Below are positions 58,494-64,000 of a stretch of DNA of 64,000 nt, in pieces. The translations under genes and the position numbers were made by a program. This stretch comes from Candidatus Eiseniibacteriota bacterium. GTDB taxonomy: Bacteria; Joyebacterota; Joyebacteria; Joyebacterales; Joyebacteraceae. Positions within the stretch are counted from its first letter, which is position 1. Each line of letters begins with the position of its first letter. Under the pieces are notes generated by a model, which was not told where the DNA came from, ran no database searches, and worked only from the letters and a program-made list of their open reading frames with translations. The DNA lies in assembly GCA_043819135.1 (NCBI GenBank), contig JBDRFG010000106.1:809-64808 (forward strand). Reading direction: 5' to 3'.

Positions 58494-60880
58494 CGGCCAA
58501 GAGAACAGCGAGGGCCGAGAAGGGCCCCCGCGAGACGACCCCGGCGAAGGCCTCACCACTCTTCGGGAACCGCGCGACGCTCGTGTCGGTGCTCCTGATA
58601 GTCACCGCGTGTTTCATTTTCTTCTGGCGAGTCATCTTCCTGGGCGAGATCCTGACCGGCGGGGACGTTCTGGCGGCCGCGGCGATCTTCGAGGACTACG
58701 CCAACGAGCAGATGGCGGCGGGCCACCTGCCACTCTGGAACCCTTACATATTCTCGGGCATGCCGTTCTTCGACAGCATGAGCTGGAGCGCGTTCGTCTA
58801 TCCCAGCTACTGGATCAAGTTCCTGCTGGAGAGGATCCCCGGCGTCCACATGCCCAGGCTCTTCTTCCTGTTCATTCACTACCAGCTTGCAGGGCTCGGC
58901 ACGTTCTTCTACCTGAGATCCCGGAAGGTGGGGCACGGCGGCGCGGTCATCGGTGGCATCGCATTCATGCTGTCTCCGCACCTGGTGGGGCTTGCGACCA
59001 TCGGTCACGGAGGGAAGATACTCGCGACGGCGTACATCCCGCTCGTCCTCATGGCCGCGCAGAAGCTCATGGAGTCGGCCGGGAGGCGCTGGATAGCCAT
59101 CCTCGGGCTGGTGGGCGGACTGCAGTTCCTGGCGCGCCACGTGCAGATAAGCTACTACACGTGGCTCGCCGTGCTGGTTCTCGTGATCTACTACCTCGTC
59201 TCGCGAAGGCGGGCCGGGGAGACGTGGGGCCCCCTGGGCTCGAGCGTCGGGTCCATAGCGGCGGGAGGCGTTCTTTCCGCCTTGCTGGCCGCGGTTCTGC
59301 TTCTGCCGCTCATGAGCTACTCGGGGTTCTCGACGCGCGCCGCCGAGGCCGGCGGCATGGGATTCGACAGCGCCGTGATGTGGTCGCTTCACCCGTATGA
59401 GCTAATGACCTTCCTGGTCCCGTCGTTCTTCGGCCTGGCGAACGAGACGTACTGGGGAACCATGCCGTTCCAGCAGGTCTCTCACTACGTGGGCTACGTG
59501 GTCCTGTCTCTCGCGGCGGTCGCGCTCATTCGCAGGCGGGACCGCAGCGTCGGATTCCTCCTGGTGCTCGTGGCCGTCGGGATCTTCATGGCGTTCGGGC
59601 GACACCTCGGACCTGTCTACAGAGTAATCTACCAGGTGCTGCCCGGCTTCCGGCGCTTCAGGGTGCCGGCGCTGTCGCTGATACTGGCCCAGTTCTCTTT
59701 GGCCACGCTGGCCGGCTACGGCGCGTCCATACTGCTGGGGGAGATGGGGCAGCGCAAGGAGAGCATGGTGCGGTGGGCCGCAGGTTGCGCTGCGGTCGGG
59801 GGTGCGGTCGCGCTCGTCGTGCTGGGCGCGAGGGGCGCGCTGGGGTCGGCGGCGACGACGGCTCTGCTGGTCAAGCACGTCGGCGCTCAGGTGGCCCAGC
59901 TCCGCGGCCTAGGGGCGACCGCCGCGACGCTCGCGTTCAAGGACGCTGGCATTCTACTCGCCTTCGCCGCGGCGTCCGGAGTGGCCATCTTCGTCGCCGG
60001 AACGCGCAGGCTCCAGCGGCCGCTTGTCTTCGCGCTGCTACTCGGACTGGTCGTCTGGGACGTAGGTTTGGTCAACGCGAGATTCATGAGGCCCGAGAAG
60101 ATGAGGCCGCTCGACTCCTACTACCCCGAGTCGCCGGCGGTGTCCTTTCTGAAACAGCAGGAGGGCGTGTTCAGGATCGCCCCCGTCGACCGCGAGTTCT
60201 CGTCGAACGCTTGGATGTATCACCGCATCGAGTCCATCGGGGGCTACCACCCGGCCAAGCTGGCGGTCACCGACGACGTCCTGAACAAGCTAAGCGTCAG
60301 CAACCTGAAGCTCCTGGCTTTACTCAACGTCAAGTATGTGGTCGGCCCCGAAGAACTCAAGCACCCGGCGTTCGTGCGGGTCGGTCCGGGGGTACACGAG
60401 AATCTCACGGTGCTTCCCAGGGTCTTCCTGGTCGGCGCGGCGAAGCGCGTCTCGAGCGGCAGCATGGTGCTGGCGGAGCTGCGTGTGGACAACTTCAATC
60501 CGGCGCAAACAGCGATAGTGACCGAGGAACTGCCCGGTCCCGTGGTCGGCGCCGAGGGGAGCGTCGCCGAACTCGTCTCCTACGAGCCGGGCGAGATCCG
60601 TGTGCGCGCCAGCATCCGGCAACCTTGTCTTCTCGTCTTCTCGGAGGTATACTATCCACCGGGCTGGAAGGCGTCCGTTGACGGCGCCGAGACAACCATC
60701 TATCGAACCGACTACGCCTTGAGATCCGTGTATCTCACGCCCGGTGAGCATACCGTGGTGATGAGCTACGTCCCGTCCCAATTGCGGCTCGGCCTCTTCA
60801 TCAGCCTCCTTGCGCTCGCGGCTCTGGTGGGGCTTCTGGTCTGGCCGGCACGAGCACAAGATGGGGGAGCCCCTGCGTGA
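58490..60880 (+). CDS. YfhO-family GT-C fold membrane glycosyltransferase
   Basis: The protein is about 796 aa. A large N-terminal polytopic domain (PLWNPYIFSGMPFF...) matches the YfhO family. A C-terminal extracytoplasmic domain follows. The ATG at 58490 has AGGAGAGAG upstream and overlaps the previous stop as ATGA. The track ORF starting at 58307 is rejected. Confidence 0.7.
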   Translation: MTAKRTARAEKGPRETTPAKASPLFGNRATLVSVLLIVTACFIFFWRVIFLGEILTGGDVLAAAAIFEDYANEQMAAGHLPLWNPYIFSGMPFFDSMSWSAFVYPSYWIKFLLERIPGVHMPRLFFLFIHYQLAGLGTFFYLRSRKVGHGGAVIGGIAFMLSPHLVGLATIGHGGKILATAYIPLVLMAAQKLMESAGRRWIAILGLVGGLQFLARHVQISYYTWLAVLVLVIYYLVSRRRAGETWGPLGSSVGSIAAGGVLSALLAAVLLLPLMSYSGFSTRAAEAGGMGFDSAVMWSLHPYELMTFLVPSFFGLANETYWGTMPFQQVSHYVGYVVLSLAAVALIRRRDRSVGFLLVLVAVGIFMAFGRHLGPVYRVIYQVLPGFRRFRVPALSLILAQFSLATLAGYGASILLGEMGQRKESMVRWAAGCAAVGGAVALVVLGARGALGSAATTALLVKHVGAQVAQLRGLGATAATLAFKDAGILLAFAAASGVAIFVAGTRRLQRPLVFALLLGLVVWDVGLVNARFMRPEKMRPLDSYYPESPAVSFLKQQEGVFRIAPVDREFSSNAWMYHRIESIGGYHPAKLAVTDDVLNKLSVSNLKLLALLNVKYVVGPEELKHPAFVRVGPGVHENLTVLPRVFLVGAAKRVSSGSMVLAELRVDNFNPAQTAIVTEELPGPVVGAEGSVAELVSYEPGEIRVRASIRQPCLLVFSEVYYPPGWKASVDGAETTIYRTDYALRSVYLTPGEHTVVMSYVPSQLRLGLFISLLALAALVGLLVWPARAQDGGAPA

Positions 60881-61590
60881 AAACCACGGTGGTAGTGCCC
60901 ACCTACAACGAGAGGGCAAACCTCGAGCAGCTGATACCTCGAGTACTCGGACAGCTGCCCGACATCGAGCTTCTGGTCGTCGATGACGGCTCGCCGGACG
61001 GGACGGGTGAGTACGCCGACTCGGTCGCCGCGAAAAACCCGCGCGTCCATGTGCTGCACCGGCCGGGGAAGATGGGCCTGGGCTCCGCGTACGTCTACGC
61101 TTTCAAACACACGCTGGCGACGGACGCCGAACTTATCATCCAGATGGACGCCGACTTCTCGCACGATCCCGACGTGATCCCGGATCTGGTGAAGCAGGCC
61201 GCCGAGCACGACGTCGTCCTCGGCTCGCGATACATCACCGGCGCCAACGTGGTCAACTGGCCGCTCCAGCGGCTGTTCCTGAGCTACTTCGCCAACGTGT
61301 ACACTCATATCATTACTGGATTGCCGCTCCGCGACTCGACCGGTGGTTTCAAGTGCTTCCACCGCAAGGTGCTGGCGGAGATCGAGCTCGATACCATCAG
61401 GTCGGACGGGTACTCGTTCCAGATCGAGGTCAACTTCAGGAGCTGGAGGAAGGGCTTCTCGATAGTCGAGATACCCATCGTGTTCGTTGACCGCCACGCC
61501 GGCACGTCGAAGATGTCCAGGCGAATCGTATGGGAGGCAATGTGGTTGGTCTGGCGCCTGAGACTCGAGAGAATCCTGAAGAGGCCGTAG
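60877..61590 (+). CDS. polyprenol-monophosphate hexose synthase (DPM1/Ppm1-like GT2, soluble)
   Basis: TVVVPTYNERANL...LVVDDGSPDGT...MDADFSHDP is very close to dolichyl/polyprenyl-phosphate mannose synthases. The GTG start overlaps the YfhO stop as GTGA. Confidence 0.75.
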   Translation: MKTTVVVPTYNERANLEQLIPRVLGQLPDIELLVVDDGSPDGTGEYADSVAAKNPRVHVLHRPGKMGLGSAYVYAFKHTLATDAELIIQMDADFSHDPDVIPDLVKQAAEHDVVLGSRYITGANVVNWPLQRLFLSYFANVYTHIITGLPLRDSTGGFKCFHRKVLAEIELDTIRSDGYSFQIEVNFRSWRKGFSIVEIPIVFVDRHAGTSKMSRRIVWEAMWLVWRLRLERILKRP

Positions 61591-63785
61591 CTCGATCTCA
61601 GGGGCCCGACCTCTCGATCGTCATCGTCGGCTACAACAGCCTGCCGGAGCTGGGCGAGTGTCTGGCGTCCGTGCGCGATTCCGACGGCTCCGCGCGCATC
61701 GAGGCTGTGGTCGTCGACAACGCCTCGACGGACGGGACGGTCGAGTTCCTCGAGCGGGAGCACCCCGAGGTCCGCCTGGTGGCCAACGGCAGGAACGTGG
61801 GGTACTCCAGAGCGGTCAATCAAGGCATCGCCGAGGCGCGAGCGGGCTACGTCCTCGTCCTCAATCCGGACATCGTGGTCCTTCCCGGCGCGCTCGACCG
61901 GCTCGTTTCCTTCATGGACGAGCGCCCCAATGTGGGAATAGCCGGCTCGAAGCTGCTGAATCCCGACGGCTCGCTGCAGCACTCGTGCAGGCGGTTCTAC
62001 ACGTTCTGGACGCTCGTGCTTCGAAGGACACCGCTAGGGAGGCTCTTCAAGAACGGACGCACGATCTCGAACTACCTCATGCTCGACTTCGATCACGAGC
62101 GATCCAGGGAGGTTGACTGGGTCATCGGGGCCTGCATGATCGTGCGGAAGGCCGCGCTGGCGGACTTCGGGGGAATGGACGAGCGCTTCTTCCTCTATTT
62201 CGAGGACGTGGACTGGTGCTACAGAGTGTGGCAGAGCGGCTGGAAGGTCTGGTACGTGGCCGACTCGGTCATGCGGCACCGCCACGCGCGTGAGAGCGCG
62301 CGCCCCGGGCTGTCGAAGCAGCTCATCGCGCACGGCCTCTCTATGATCCACTTCTACGAGAAGTGGGGGAAGGCGATCTATCGGTTGAAGAAGTACAGGC
62401 GCGTGCTCACGAACTCGGTGCTGCTTGTCTCGGACCTGGTCGCCATCAACGGCGGCTTTGCGCTGGCGTACGTTCTCAGGTCTAGTTTGAAAGGGCTCCT
62501 GGAAAAACCGATGTTCGGCGTGTCCGTCTACGGCACGTTCCTGGTGTTCGCCAACCTGGTGTTCGCGTTCTCGTTCGCCTTCTTCGGCCTCTACGGCGCC
62601 ACCATCGAGAGGGAGAGGGCGTCCGATGTGACAATGCGGGTCTTCCGGGCGACCGTTGTATCCGCCATCATCCTGATGGCGAGCACGTACCTCACGTCAC
62701 AGACGGTCTACTCGCGAGTCCTTGTCGGGGCGTTCTGCGTGCTTGCGGTGGTGCTGACCGTGGTCCTCCGCATGGGGCTCAAGAGGCTCCACAGCATGGT
62801 GCGCGCCGGGCGGTTCGACCTTACCAGAGTGGCGGTCGTGGGCACCGACGAGACGGCCCGCCGCGTGGCGGAGCGGCTGCTCCAGCATTCAGCTCTGGGC
62901 TACGACCTCGCGGGACTCGTGTCCACGAACGGCGGTGACCGGCCGCCGGGATTCCCGGTGATCGGCCGCCTCGAAGAACTGCCGGAGTTCATCGAGAAGT
63001 ACCGGATCGGCGAGGTGATATTCGCAGATCCCGACGTATCCCACGAGAGGATCGCCGACTTCCTGCTCAAGGCGAGGAGGAGCGCCGTCGACGTCAAGAT
63101 GGTCTCGGGGTTGACGTCAATACTCACACAGCGCGCGAAGGTAGAGGAGTTTCTGGATCTCCCCGTCGTTGCTTTTGAACGTGAGGCGTTGCTGCGTGCG
63201 GGCGCCGTAGCCAAGCGAGCGCTGGACGTTGTCGGCGCCGCGGTCCTCCTGGTCGCCTGGACGCCCCTCCTGATTATCACGTCCGTCACGACGCTGGTCG
63301 GCAGACGAACAGGGCCCTTCTCGGCTGTTCCCAGAGCCGGGCTCGAGGCAGAGACCTTCGGCATGTACCGTCTCAACCGCGACGGCAAGGCGACCGCGCT
63401 CCGGAGGTTCGTCCTCCGGCACGGGTTCTCCCTGTTCCCGGCGGTCATCAACGTCCTCAAGGGGGAGATGAGCTTCGTCGGGCCGCGAGCAGTCGCTCCG
63501 GTCGATCTGGAGACACTCAGCTTGCGGGAACGCCTGAGATTCGACGCGCGACCCGGCCTCACCGGCCTCTCCCAGGTCTCGGCGGCGGAGGCCGCGAGTT
63601 CACACGACGAACTCAGGGCTCTCGACGCCTACTACGTGCAGAACTGGTCGCTGAGCGGGGACGTCAAGATCGTGATGAGATGGTTCATGCAGTGTCTGCT
63701 CGGGTGGGCCGATGTGCCTTCGGACGAGGGCTTGCCCGCCAAGTCGGTGACGTCGGACGTGTCCGCCCACAAGGACGGCGTCTGA
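61530..63785 (+). CDS. fusion protein: N-terminal GT2 glycosyltransferase + C-terminal polyprenyl-phosphate hexose-1-phosphate transferase (WbaP/CpsE-type PGT)
   Basis: Residues ~20-290 form a GT2 domain (IVIVGYNSL...VVDNASTDGT...YFEDVDWCYRVW). About 4 TM helices follow, then the PGT catalytic domain (VGPRAV...PGLTGLSQVS...YVQNWSLSGDVKIVMRW). The start (ATG 61530 or GTG 61542) lies inside the 3' end of the upstream gene. Confidence 0.7.
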   Translation: MGGNVVGLAPETRENPEEAVARSQGPDLSIVIVGYNSLPELGECLASVRDSDGSARIEAVVVDNASTDGTVEFLEREHPEVRLVANGRNVGYSRAVNQGIAEARAGYVLVLNPDIVVLPGALDRLVSFMDERPNVGIAGSKLLNPDGSLQHSCRRFYTFWTLVLRRTPLGRLFKNGRTISNYLMLDFDHERSREVDWVIGACMIVRKAALADFGGMDERFFLYFEDVDWCYRVWQSGWKVWYVADSVMRHRHARESARPGLSKQLIAHGLSMIHFYEKWGKAIYRLKKYRRVLTNSVLLVSDLVAINGGFALAYVLRSSLKGLLEKPMFGVSVYGTFLVFANLVFAFSFAFFGLYGATIERERASDVTMRVFRATVVSAIILMASTYLTSQTVYSRVLVGAFCVLAVVLTVVLRMGLKRLHSMVRAGRFDLTRVAVVGTDETARRVAERLLQHSALGYDLAGLVSTNGGDRPPGFPVIGRLEELPEFIEKYRIGEVIFADPDVSHERIADFLLKARRSAVDVKMVSGLTSILTQRAKVEEFLDLPVVAFEREALLRAGAVAKRALDVVGAAVLLVAWTPLLIITSVTTLVGRRTGPFSAVPRAGLEAETFGMYRLNRDGKATALRRFVLRHGFSLFPAVINVLKGEMSFVGPRAVAPVDLETLSLRERLRFDARPGLTGLSQVSAAEAASSHDELRALDAYYVQNWSLSGDVKIVMRWFMQCLLGWADVPSDEGLPAKSVTSDVSAHKDGV

Positions 63786-63819
63786 GCAGGTCTCGGCCCT
63801 ACGGTGAAGGAGTTGCACC

Positions 63820-64000
63820 ATGAGAGCACTACTGCTGGCGGGAATCGTGGCGGCGCTCGGGACGGCGTCCGGGGCGCAGGCCCAGGAGTGGCGCCAGGTG
63901 ACTCTGCCGGACGGGCCTGGAACGGGCACTCCTCTGATCACGGACGTGACCATCGATGGGGGGACGCTGTGGCTCTCCACCAGCTTCGACGGGCTCATGG
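63820..64000 (+). CDS. secreted protein, 3'-truncated at window edge (possible BNR/Ycf48-like repeat)
   Basis: A signal peptide (MRALLLAGIVAALGTASGAQA) is followed by ...TIDGGTLWLSTSFDG. Only about 60 aa are visible. Confidence 0.4.
   Translation, partial: MRALLLAGIVAALGTASGAQAQEWRQVTLPDGPGTGTPLITDVTIDGGTLWLSTSFDGLM

Overview
High-GC (about 65-70%) bacterial chromosomal segment, with almost every gene on the + strand. The first ~43 kb are conserved housekeeping and information-processing genes. In order: dnaX (5' partial)-ybaB-recR; a four-subunit 2-oxoacid:ferredoxin oxidoreductase operon (gamma-delta-alpha-beta); pgsA-pgpA; cinA-thpR-recA-recX-alaS; an archaeal-type GGGP synthase (PcrB family) gene; rfbA(long form)-rfbD-gmhA-udk; a UbiA-family polyprenyl-phosphate transferase; ispE-spoVG-tRNA-Gln-prs-rplY-pth; a membrane H+/Na+-pyrophosphatase; ychF; rpsF-rpsR-rplI; a lipoprotein parvulin PPIase; an ArsB/NhaD-family permease; a lone minus-strand secreted protein with an internal domain duplication; selA; a SPOR-domain protein with a degenerate ParA/MinD-like N-domain; smc; ftsY; an FMN-riboswitch-controlled ribD-ribE-ribBA-ribH-nusB operon; and a metallophosphoesterase. 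The last ~20 kb (43.6-63.8 kb) form one tightly packed, translationally coupled locus of about 16 genes for a polyprenol-linked glycoconjugate: GT2/GT4/GT9 glycosyltransferases, a radical-SAM/DUF362/methyltransferase-fold triad, a flippase-like UPF0104 protein, an epimerase, two polyprenol-phosphate GT2s plus a YfhO GT-C protein, two paralogous AlkP-superfamily phosphodiesterase-like proteins, a Wzx-like flippase and a GT2-phosphoglycosyltransferase fusion. This locus, together with the GGGPS/UbiA lipid genes, is the best candidate for previously uncharacterised biology in the window. I saw no CRISPR array, IS element or rRNA. All calls come from reading the translations and nucleotide motifs by eye; no database search was run.
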